Source: Octopus bimaculoides
Taxonomy: Eukaryota
DNA length: 63,643 bases
Assembly: GCF_001194135.2 (NCBI RefSeq)
Contig: NC_068995.1
Span: 28,589,486-28,653,128 of the forward strand
Direction of reading: 5' to 3'
This document shows, piece by piece, positions 1 to 10,219 of the stretch. The position numbers and the translations under genes were made by a program. Numbering within the stretch: the stretch's first letter is position 1; each line of letters opens with the position of its first letter. The notes beneath the pieces are model-generated. The model did no database searches. It was not told the DNA's origin and saw nothing but the letters and a program-made list of their open reading frames with translations.

Positions 1-1047
1 GCAATAGGAATTCTTCTGTTCTGCTGCCAGTTACTGTAGGCGCCTGCCAAACAAATCTGGCCTAATTACATAGAATTCGTAGGGCAGACCATCCAGAACG
101 GGCGATTTACGACTCGTACAATCGCTCACCGTCTTCTGTATTTCAGTGGCTGTAATTGGCTTTTCGTAGACTCTCGCGTCCGTTACCGAGAGTTGTGGTA
201 GGCCGTCTAGGTACGAAGTAAAGTTCGCTACCGTCGTCGACCCATCACCCTCCCCAAACAGCCGCACGAAGTGCTGCAGGAAAGCCACACACATCCACTC
301 GGAACCGAGTAGCACGCGCCCGTCCTGTCCGTCAAAGACTTCGTATTTTAGCGTTCGGGCCTTAACTCTGACAACACACCCTTCGTGTTTCACCTCAAAG
401 GAATGGTCAAGCGCCATTCTCGCCGCTAACACGTCGGTCGCGGTGTCTTTACTAATAGCCTCTTCTAGTTTGCTAACTAATTTTCTCTCTAATCTATTTC
501 TATTGCTAAATATTTGCTAAACGCTATCTATTCTACTCTAATCGCTCTCTTCAGAGCGATTCACTATCGTTTGTCGACGATAGCCCCCGTCAACTGCTGC
601 TTTACTAGCTCACTATTCCGGTCCCCGTAGAGTTTGCAAGCCGGTAAGGACGCATCCAACTTTCAGTAACTGGGTCCCTGACTACGGGTCCTACCTAAAT
701 TTGACTGTGCATTTCATAAATTTGTGATCTGTGTAGCCGATCAATTTATATTGTAGACATCCTATGGCCTAACAAATACTCTATCTGAAAACGATTTGGA
801 TGACCCGTTGTAGTTGCTCCATGGCCACACTAGCACATCAGAGAAATCCAGTCGGTACCTGTCAGAAAGCTGGAAAGTCCTGAGCAATTTCTAGCGGATT
901 TTACACGCCCTTCTGCTATGTACTAAACCCACACAGTCCTTCCTTGCGTCCAAAATACTATTCCACTCCTCCACTAGCACTAAAGTGCGAGGCGTTCCCA
1001 AGAATGCTTCTAGACACCTTAAGAAATCTGGCCTTCTAGCCCCTGTC
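1..1047 (-). mobile_element. Tx1/L1-clade LINE ORF2 fragment (APE endonuclease C-half, linker, start of RT), degraded, runs off the window
   Basis: Minus strand reads RRPDFLRCLEAFLGTPRTLVLVEEWNSILDARK (endonuclease GDxN region) and KHEGCVVR...SRKSPVLDGLPYEFY (pre-RT SPGxDG motif); homologous to 22421-25150. Confidence 0.9.
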
Positions 1048-3810
1048 TGGAAACAGTAACTCCCTCTCCACCTTCACTTTCCTCTCCAAGTGAAACTTGC
1101 AACAGGTGATGAGGTCTTGGCCGATGAGGAAAGTACCTATCTTCAGCCCTTTCAATCACGTCCAACACACAACCTCTTTCGTCATAGTCATCAGACAGAG
1201 AAAACGTTTCTACCCTTCCGGCCACTAATCCTCTTTAGAACGCCATGGTGGAACATTCACCGACTGCATCGCTCGACTGCTAGAGGACTGTGAGCGCCTA
1301 ATGGCACTCAAGTTACCTGGCGCACTGCTTCGGTGTACGCTTTATCACTTGCTTAAAGTGATCAGCTGCGGAAAATAGCATCTAATAATCGGGGCCACAC
1401 CTGTCCACCGTCAAGAGAACGCTTGAGATGTCGCAGCCTCAGCGCATGTCCACGCATCATTAGCCACTGCATGCTTAGTCCTCCACTCAACAGATGATAA
1501 CAGAAAATCAACTGTCTGACCAATAGAGCACATCTCTTCCACAAAAAGCGGAGACGAGGTGCGACGGTCAGACATTAATAAATGACGGATGCAATGTAAG
1601 CATTCGCCACCTCCGTTACCTCCACCCGGCCCTTCAGGATAGTTTCTTCTCAGCCGATTTCTGGGTGAGATTAACCGCCCTGCTCGTCATCTCTTCGTAG
1701 TTCTTGTCAACCTGGAGGTTTGGACCAAACCATAGCACGAGAAATTTAACCGGTCTGTCCGTTCAGTGCCCGTTGATGCTGTTGGATGTCATGGACCTGC
1801 CTCTCCAGGTGCCGAGCTGTAGGACCACCGACTTCTTCTGAGTAATTTTTACTCCTGTCACCGTCTCGTTGTTCTTCGAAGTAGTGCCAATTTCCTCAAT
1901 GTTTCGTTTCCGATACTAATATGCTGACGTCGTCCACAAATGCAAACACGAATCTTCAGCATTCTAGTTCTCGCGGGATTCCCCTTGAAGCCTCCAACTT
2001 CTGCAGTAGTGGCTCTAGACTCAGTACGTATAAAAGTGGAGAGAGGGGATATCACTGAAGGACTGAGCGCTTGATACTAAAGAGTTTCGACAAGTGGCCG
2101 TTTACTTTGACTACCGAACAAATGCCACTTTACTTTTCAGCAATCCAGCTTCTGAAGACCGATTCGAAATTACCCACCCTCGGGATAGCCTTAATCGAAC
2201 GTTTTCGACAGATCTAAATTGATCAGAGCCATACCTGTGCCGAGTTCTTTATCTACCCTTTCTATGATATATCACTTGCGATGGAGGTTGTCATGGATAA
2301 ATGTGTTTGGTAGGGGGCATGCCTCACCTTACTTTGCGGAGCATCGACGCTAAATGTCAACCTCTTTGCTAACACCCTTTGTAAAAATTATCCCCCTTGT
2401 TAGGGTCCTTTCTGAGCAGTACTACTACACCACTTTTCGCAGGACAGGGAATTCTATTCTGCTGTCATCTGTAGTTGATATCTGGAAAGGTCCTAACCCG
2501 CGAACAAGTCAGGCATACTGCGATAAAGCACGTTGGACAGAAATCTAGCCCAAGCAACTTCTCCATCGTGCAACACGTCTTTGCGTCTCGTATTTTGTCA
2601 GTTGTTATCGGCTTTTCGACAAATATTACATCCCCAGCCGTGAGCCGTGGCAGACTTTACCGCTAATCCCTTGGATAGGCTGTAAAGTCTACCACCGTCA
2701 GCCCAAACAATTGAGTGACGTACCTCTCGGAAGTCGCACATATCTGCTTGGAATCGAGTTGCACGCGCCTCTCAAATTGTGACTTTGTTGTCGCATTTCG
2801 CCTTTATCACCCGAATCTAGCGAACAGCTTTCGTTTCCTCATTCCCTCGCTCTGTCTTTGTGCTTAGTGTTGAAGAATTGGACAAGAGCCAATCTCGCCG
2901 CCGGCACGTCAATTGCCGTGCTTTTTCTATGCACATGTTCTAGGTTGCTAACTAGCTCACCTTTTACTCCCGAATACCTTATCACTACCTCTTAGTAAAC
3001 CTTTTCAGCGTTAACCATCATCGGTTGTTGACGATTTCCCCCGTCAACTCCCTCTCAACAAGTTCTCAAATCCGGCCTCTGTAAATTTGACGTACCGGGA
3101 AAGACGTGTTCAGTTTCCAGTAACCAGGTTCCTGTCTATATCAACTATCTAGGTCAACCGAACGAATCACAAATTTGTAGTCTGTATAGCCAACAATTTT
3201 GAGTTGTGGACGTCTTATTTATTGGCCACAAAATATTCTGTCTAACTACGATATGGATGACCCAATGTTATTTGGCCATGCGCATTCGGAAAATCCAGTC
3301 AGTACCTGTTAAGCAGCTGGAAATGACTGAACAGATTTGCGAGACTTTTACACCATTCTTTTCTATCGCCTAGCACCACACAATCCAGATCTGCATCCAA
3401 GATGACATTCCAATCTCCCACTAACACTAAACCTCCGAATCCGGCTGCTCCACCCCAGTCGGACATACACAGCAAATAATTTAAAGGTACAACCTTCGCT
3501 ACTGTTCATGTTCAGGACTATCAACTTACCTTCCAGGTCTAGGAAGATCGACCGTATCTCGAGGTCCAGGCCTTTCTGGAACAGCATCGCCACCCTACCC
3601 TCATTCTGGGTCGAGTAAAAGATGCGAAGAGTTCAAGGTCACTAAAAATGACTGCCAAGACGCATGTAACGGAAATCCTGATGTCGCTAACGGCTACGAG
3701 TATCATATCCAAACTTAGTGATCTGAGGTCATTAAGCAGGCGACGCTGCTTTCAGAATGATCCCAGGCTGCGTACACTTATGCAACTTATTCTTAAAGTT
3801 ACCAGGCTGG
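1048..3810 (-). mobile_element. Tx1-like LINE ORF2 pseudogene (EN-RT-C-terminus) with stops, frameshifts and internal deletions
   Basis: Start LRISCISVRSLG...LLNDLRSL near 3800; RT motifs ALINLDLSKTFD and FVDDVSILVS (~1920); HALRLRHL post-RT; C-terminal KEVVCWT..KGLK..GQDLI..KFHLERKVKVERE near 1050-1200. Confidence 0.9.
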
Positions 3811-5405
3811 TTGAAATGTAAAGGGAAGGAAAGAAAACGGGTTATTTGCCCATTTGGTGTTTCCTGAAACAAGGTAACTCGGTCTCCATGGGGATTTGGT
3901 TTTCTTTTAGAAAGTACTTTAAGAGCCTACTCCTGGCCCTTACTTTCAGATTTTCCACGTCGTTGGGGAAATCCTCCTCAATCTACAGGTCTTCAAGTCC
4001 CGAAGTCCAGCTTTATTGTGTTTGAGCTATGTGGCACTTTGAAAGTGCTTAACTTGATGATCTCTCCCTGTTTTCCATGTTCTTTTCTTCAATGAAGATT
4101 AGTTTTTTTGTTTGTTGTACTTATTAGTACAACGTTTGGGGTGGGTGTACTTTGTTGGTATTGTTATGTTTATATGCCTGTCTGTTAATGATACGCATGT
4201 CTATGTGTGTTCTCCTTTTGTTGAGGTTGGAGTTGCTTTTGTGGATTTATGTGTTTGGTTTCAGTGCTGCTATTGTGATTATGTGGTAGCTTTTTTGTCT
4301 TTAGATTTGCTAGGTTTTACTGCCTTCTCGCAAGATGCTACTTCTTCATTGGAATGATCGGATGAGGGTAGGGGTGGAGAAAAAGGAATGTTTTCATGTG
4401 TGTGATTGAAAGAGAGGGGGAAGTAATTGAGAAGGAGTTGGTCTGAATATGTTCCTGGCTGGTGGCTCCTGGTTCTTTTTCTTGTGCTTGTAGTTGTTGC
4501 TAATTTTGCTGTTGCTACTGTTGCTGGTGGTGTTTACTGCTACTGTTGTTTTCGTTCCCATTACTGTTTTGCTGTTGCTGCTACTACTGTATATTTCTAT
4601 TGTTTTTAGGACTGTGGCGACAGCAGTAGTGGAGGACCTCATGTCGTCTGTTTTTTATTGAGGGTAGAAAAGTTTGAAGTGACCTTCTGCACGTTGGCTT
4701 TCTGCCCTCAGCTGAAACTCGCTGCTTCACTCTTTTAGATAATTGGATTAGGTCCAGGATCTTTTCCACTTTTTCCGGTTTGATCTGGAGGAGGATCTCT
4801 TCTGTGGTCCTAGACCAAAATCCCTTCTCTTCTGGCTTCACTTCAAGTAGGGTTTCACTGACCTTCAGTGAGACATACTAGCAACTACCAGATATCCCAC
4901 TCAGAAGTGACTCCTGTCTCTATCACTTAATGAGAGCTTAAAGAAATGCATTGATTTACAGCCATTGTAGCACAAGATTGTCTGGCCATAGGTTAACCCC
5001 ATAATTTTTTCTGTATTCTTCGTTATTCTTGTGCTTATTCTTGTTATTGTTGCTCTTGCTGCTGCTGTTGTCATTGTTATTTTTGCTGTTGCTGCTACTG
5101 ATTCTGCTGCTGTTGTTATTTTTACTACCTTCATTTGCTGGTATGCGAGCTGGACTTTGAGCTAAAATCATAATAGTTACCCCCATCCCTTTGCAAGCAT
5201 TGTTGTTGTTTATATTGTTTTCGTTAAATGTTGTTATTGCTGCTTCTGCTGCTGCTGTTGTCGAGCTTCCATTTTCTAATGAAGATGGTAGCGGTGTGAG
5301 GGCCTCTTGCTACCTACTCATTCAGACAGTTTGTAGTCGTTAACGCCAAATCTATTAACTTTCCTTACGCTTTGAGAAATCGCGAGCATTTCGTCTGTCC
5401 ATAAA
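3811..5405 (-). mobile_element. Probable ORF1/spacer region of the same Tx1-like element, with two low-complexity ACA/GCA-rich blocks
   Basis: Lies directly upstream of the ORF2 start; charged ORF remnant KPEEKGFWSRTTEEILLQIKPEKVEK; composition like the ORF1 linkers of other copies; no zinc knuckle seen. Confidence 0.5.
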
Positions 5406-5554
5406 TAGTAGTAAAAGAATGAAATGAAATACTTGTACTTAGTCAAAAGAAGTCAATATATTTGACGATTAACATCAGTAGAACCTGTTGTAACAATTTC
5501 TTATATTGGCGTAAGGGCTAAAATTTCAAGTGAAAAGTGAGCCGTTTTATGGGC

Positions 5555-5703
5555 CTCACTAACTTGAGTGCTGCTTTATTTTATCGGTCTAGAACAGATG
5601 AAAGGACAAAGATGATTTCAGAAGGATTTGAACTGAGTGTAAAAATCCTAAACAAATACAGCAAAGCATTTTCTCCATTGTTCTAACAATTCTGTCAATC
5701 TAC
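5555..5703 (-). mobile_element. Degraded tRNA-derived SINE (same family as 38563-38815)
   Basis: gatgaaaggacaaagatgatttcagaaggatttgaactga matches the reverse complement of the family's B-box/body region. Confidence 0.6.
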
Positions 5704-5744
5704 GATATCAAGTTTGCCGTCCTCTCACCCTACATAACAACGGC

Positions 5745-5783
5745 AGTAGCAGCAGTTGTACCGCCACCACCACCACCACCACA

Positions 5784-5841
<58 letters not shown>

Positions 5842-5842
5842 A

Positions 5843-5889
<47 letters not shown>

Positions 5890-5890
5890 T
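5745..5890. repeat. (CCA)n/(CTA)n trinucleotide microsatellite
   Basis: Directly visible. Confidence 0.95.
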
Positions 5891-6569
5891 TGGAAGATAA
5901 AGGGAAAGTGTTGATTCTACTATTTTTCCCAAAGTAAATGAATTGATATACTACAATCTTCTTTCTCACCAGTCACCCTCTGCCGTTCAGGTGACTCAAT
6001 ATTTTCACCCAAATCACACATGTATATTATTGTTTCATATATTGTCGAAACCTTATTACTTTCTTTATAAGTATTTCTTCCTCCTATTTCCACCAAGTCG
6101 ATGAATCACCAATAGGGTGCTAGCTATTGCTCCTCTCCTCTGAGTAGCCTCTTCTGTTTTTACTGTCAGATTAATTTTAACGCCCGTATTTGACCTTGAT
6201 TTATTGCCATTGATTTCACAATAGATATTTTTTTTTGCTTATGTCATTGTCGTTAGACTTTACTGGGGCAGCATCTGGTTTTGTGTAAATGCAAACAATG
6301 TAGTTTAGTTATATGTCGATAACACACAAACAGTATTGGTGTTTGTATTTTTTTTTTACATACTTTATTGATTGGTAATTTTATAACTGTATTTCTTTTT
6401 GAAGCTTTCTGACTGCTTGTTTCTCATTGACGAATACATAAGCAAATTCAGGAAAGTAGACCACAAATAATTGCTTGAAGCCAAAAAGATCAATATCTCC
6501 ACTGCTACCTTTACCAACATTTGCAACAAAACTCCACCTAAACACGACAATGACGACGACCATCACCAC

Positions 6570-6668
6570 AACTAAGAGCTGACTATGAAGTCTTCACGTG
6601 GTCACTCGACCTGCTTAGAAATAGCAGCCAAGTTTCCTTCAAACCATACCCTACCATCTTTAAAAAGA
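6570..6668 (+). repeat. Unclassified short dispersed repeat (gtcactcgacctgctagaaatagcagccaa...ccctaccgtcttaaaaa); similar remnants near 7530, 17880, 18070, 33330, 45330
   Basis: The same motif recurs several times in the window. Confidence 0.6.
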
Positions 6669-6683
6669 TAGTCATCCTAGTCG

Positions 6684-7465
6684 GATCTTTTCAATTTGGT
6701 TGCCAAATCTCTTCAATTTCTGCTCGAATTGCTTTTATATTCGATGTAAGGATGTTGATTTATATGCTAATCAATGCCCTGAAATTCATTTTCGCCATAA
6801 ATCAATAAATAAAGAGTTATAAGCTTTTAAAGTTTGCAAACATTGGATAATTTTAGCCAATCGTCAGCCACAAACACATTCATGCCTGTTTCCAAGTCGA
6901 ACGAGAACTCGTCTGTGAGATAGCACGTGTTGACAAATGTATTCTACGCGAAAGCATGTGCGTCGACGCTGTGTTCTGTTGCTGTGGCCATCTGCTGCTT
7001 GTACCCTGGTTGAGAGATGTGCTACAAATAACAAGCCAAATAGGCCTTAAAGCACGCACCCACCATTTTTTGGGAATAATCGTATGAATACAAATCGTGT
7101 AGAATACAAATTCAATCTTATCGGTTTGATTGCCAGCCTCAATTCTGCTCGTATTCATTTCATATTCAGTGTAATGATACACTTTTATAGGCTAATTAAT
7201 GATGTGAAAGTAATTTTCGCTATAAATCAATAAATAAAGAGTTATTAGCAATTAAGGTTTGAAAATTTTGGTAATTTTAGCCAATCGTAAGCTACAGACA
7301 CATTCATGTCTGTTTCGATAGTAAGAAGCGGACATGAGAACTCTTTTGTCTCTAAACGTACCTGTTACCATAGTAACCATGAATCCGAGCAGTCTTTGAA
7401 AAGTCTTTTATCTGCGAGGAAGCACGTGTTGACAAATTTGACTCTGTGTTCTGTGTGATTATGGT
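6684..7465. mobile_element. Two head-to-tail partial copies (6684-7114, 7115-7465) of a long-TIR MITE arm, same family as 26272-26845
   Basis: Shared blocks tttg(g/a)ttgcca, aattttcgc.ataaatcaataaataaagagttat and taattttagccaatcgt.agc.aca.acacattcatg at ~430 bp spacing. Confidence 0.7.
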
Positions 7466-8270
7466 AGCAAGCTCCGGTAACTTCACTTCTATTATGGAAA
7501 CATTGAAAAGCAAAAGGTTAAGTCAATATGGTAGCTGAAGCTACTAGAAATAACAGCTAAATTTCCATCAAATTACATCCGATGCTTAAAAAAAGATGCC
7601 CCTTGAATGCAGAAAAACGGAGTGAACCCCGATGGATCATCTTTTGTCATAAGTTTGCTTCTTTAGAAGTGACAACAGGCTAAGCAATAACAGCTACGAC
7701 AATAACTATATTTCAGTATTCGACTGAGTAACTTGAGTGGAATTTCATTGATTATTTTTTTCACGTTGTTTGATTTCATAGAAGCTCCCTCTTTGGTATC
7801 AATAAAGTTCTGGAATTAATTGAATCACCTGTGCCCATTCACTTTTCAGCTAAATTGAGGTTGTAAAAAAGAATACTTAGATGTAATGCTATATTTTAGT
7901 TTGATTCATGACCAATTTTGTTGTATGGAGTCACTTTTTTTACCTTCACTCCTTCAGATCTTTTTTAACTTGCCCCACACTACACAATCTTGTCTAATCT
8001 AGTTTTAATTTACATTAAATCATACTGTTCTATGTTTTCGTTAGTTTCTGGGCTTTCTGTCAACTTCAGCAAATTGAATTTTGATTATTTTAAAATAATT
8101 TATTGCGGTGAATCATCAGTCTGGAGTAGCATGGCTTGCTAGCGGTCGATACTTATCCGCCTTTGAAAACATATATTTCAAGTGAAATACACTCACTGAT
8201 TTCGAAAATAGAAATATTACATTTCTAAATCTCTCAGAAAGATTTATACAGTAGCATCACGATAAAGTGA

Positions 8271-8477
8271 TGGCATGTTGTCGACTTAATGTGACAGTCC
8301 CATGAAAGGGAAGAATCCTACTGCTATTTAGCCCAAGGAAGCACCGTTTCCAGCTGGCCATGACACATTTTCTGTATCCTTATGTTTTCAAAGGGGGCGA
8401 CTGATGATGAGCAATGACTCTGAAATTAGTCTCTGGATGCTGGCTTTGCTGGGTGGAGGTGCTTATCTCCCCCTTTT
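8271..8477. mobile_element. Hammerhead-bearing short element (Penelope pLTR/3'UTR-like), rearranged copy with one half inverted relative to 14200-14404
   Basis: 8399-8477 matches 14211-14290 directly; 8271-8397 matches the reverse complement of 14281-14404. Confidence 0.75.
8399..8437 (+). ncRNA. Minimal type I hammerhead ribozyme-like motif; 5' strand of helix I truncated
   Basis: CTGATGA-tgagcaatgactct-GAAA-tta-GTC-tctgga. Confidence 0.6.
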
Positions 8478-9330
8478 GTTTATTTGTCTGCAGGTTTGCA
8501 TGTTTGTGTGACTGTAAGTCTGCGTGTTGTGTCCTGTGTGTCTGTGCTTTCAGGTTCTGTGCTTTTAGGTTTCTGCAACTCTGTGTTATCTTCTACGCTT
8601 CCGTGTGTATGTATGTCTGTGAATCTGTCTGCTTGTGCGATTGTGAGTCTATATGTTTCTTTGGTGATGTTCTGCTTTTATCTTCTTTCCTCGGTGATTC
8701 CACTTGATCCTGTGATTTAAATTTCTTTCCTTGTTCACCTTTCGGCGATGAGCCCCTCCTTTCTCTGTTTCTTCACTTAGCTTCCTCAAAAGCAGATCTC
8801 TGTTCCTCTTCCTGTGTCTGTTTCCTCTCCTCTATCACGTCTTCTTGCATTTCCATTTCTATGTTTTCCATTATTTCTGGGTACCTTCTTCTAATGTGAC
8901 GTCTTTTGCCACATTCATAGCACTTTGGAGGTCTCCCTTCCAACATTATATCCAGTTTGTCTTCGTTTGGCAGTTCCAGTGTCTCCGGTATGTCATCGTA
9001 TTCTGTCTGACTTGCCGTGAAAACCACCTCCAAACCATTCCCCCCACCAATTTATTTGTTGGGTTCAGGTTATCATAACTGCCCTTACTTCTTTTGTTCT
9101 AGAAAAAATTGCTGCTATCACCCACTCCGGCAGGATACTACCCACCTGNNNNNNNNNNNNNNNNNNNNNNNNNNNNNNNNNNNNNNNNNNNNNNNNNNNN
9201 NNNNNNNNNNNNNNNNNNNNNNNNNNNNNNNNNNNNNNNNNNNNNNNNNNNNNATACACACATGTGGGGACAATCAACACATGAAAGAATGGAATAGTGA
9301 AATTATACAATGGAGATGGAACGACCACCC
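8478..9330 (-). mobile_element. Tx1-like ORF1 fragment with a degenerate CCHC zinc knuckle and low-complexity linker (contains an N-gap)
   Basis: ORF 8773-9033: IPETLELPNEDKLDIMLEGRPPKCYECGKRRHIRRRYP (CX2CX4HX4C with the last C lost). Confidence 0.75.
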
Positions 9331-9361
9331 TAGCCCCGTTCCGGGGTGGTTATGTTATTTC

Positions 9362-9480
9362 ATTTATTTCAACAGTTCTTTTTAAAATTATTTCAACATT
9401 TTTAAAAAGTTCTTTTCAAAGTTATCTCAACAGTTCTTTTCAAATTATTTCAACAGTTTTCAACAGTTCTTTTCAAAATA
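9362..9480. repeat. Degenerate ~23-bp minisatellite (ttatttcaacagttcttttcaaa), about 4-5 units
   Basis: Directly visible tandem units. Confidence 0.75.
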
Positions 9481-9599
9481 AAACTCTACTTACCACTCTG
9501 TTATAGTTCTTAATTTCCTCATAGTTCACCACTGGAGCGCTGGGTTCGAAATTCACCTCGGGCCCCAGTGGGTTTACATCTGATGGGAAAGCCTCTTAA

Positions 9600-9965
9600 C
9601 TTTCTATACTTACCTTTTTCCATTAAAATCTATCTCGTCTCCTTATCGTAACCCTCCGAGAGGTCCGCTTTGACAATGTCTTTCACTTCAGTTATTTTCC
9701 CTTCTATAGCTTGTGTCGACCGATATCTTATCAAATATATTCCGCTCCTGTGCACCTCCTGCGTCTGTATGTCTGTTCTTCCTTGTTTCTGCGACTCTGC
9801 ACCATCATGTGTCTGTTCTTGCATATTTATTTGCAGCTGTATGTCTGTATGTTCGTTTGTCTGCGGGTCTGCATTTCGTATTGCTTCAGCAGGCCTGGGA
9901 CGACGGAAGCCCGTCGCTGTCGCACATGTCTTCATTTTCTCCATCTCAGCAACGCTCATCAAACA
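9600..9965 (-). mobile_element. Probable Tx1-like ORF1 C-terminal fragment
   Basis: ORF 9630-9962, Q/T-rich then IRYRSTQAIEGKITEVKDIVKADL; ACAG-rich composition shared with 8480-8760. Confidence 0.45.
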
Positions 9966-10219
9966 ATGGTGACGTCATACTCAAAAATTGCTGCAAAGCA
10001 GCACAAAACAACTCAAAAGAAAAAAAAACGCAGCGAAGCAAAAACACGTCCGTAAGTCGTTATGTAAAATGTAAAGGTTTAATGGAAAAGGAATCCACGG
10101 TTTCATCTCGCAGCGGGAGCGAGATGGCAGTCTCATTTGCATTGTAATTTTATTCATTTCAAATTCATCCTTTCATGTGTTTTTTGTTCACGCATGTCTT
10201 TGTATGTTCTCTCTGTGTT

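Noticed and set aside
9525-9572. tRNA-like hairpin ccactgg...ggttcgaa...ccagtgg
   Set aside because: Single B-box-like motif without A-box or cloverleaf; probably chance within TE debris
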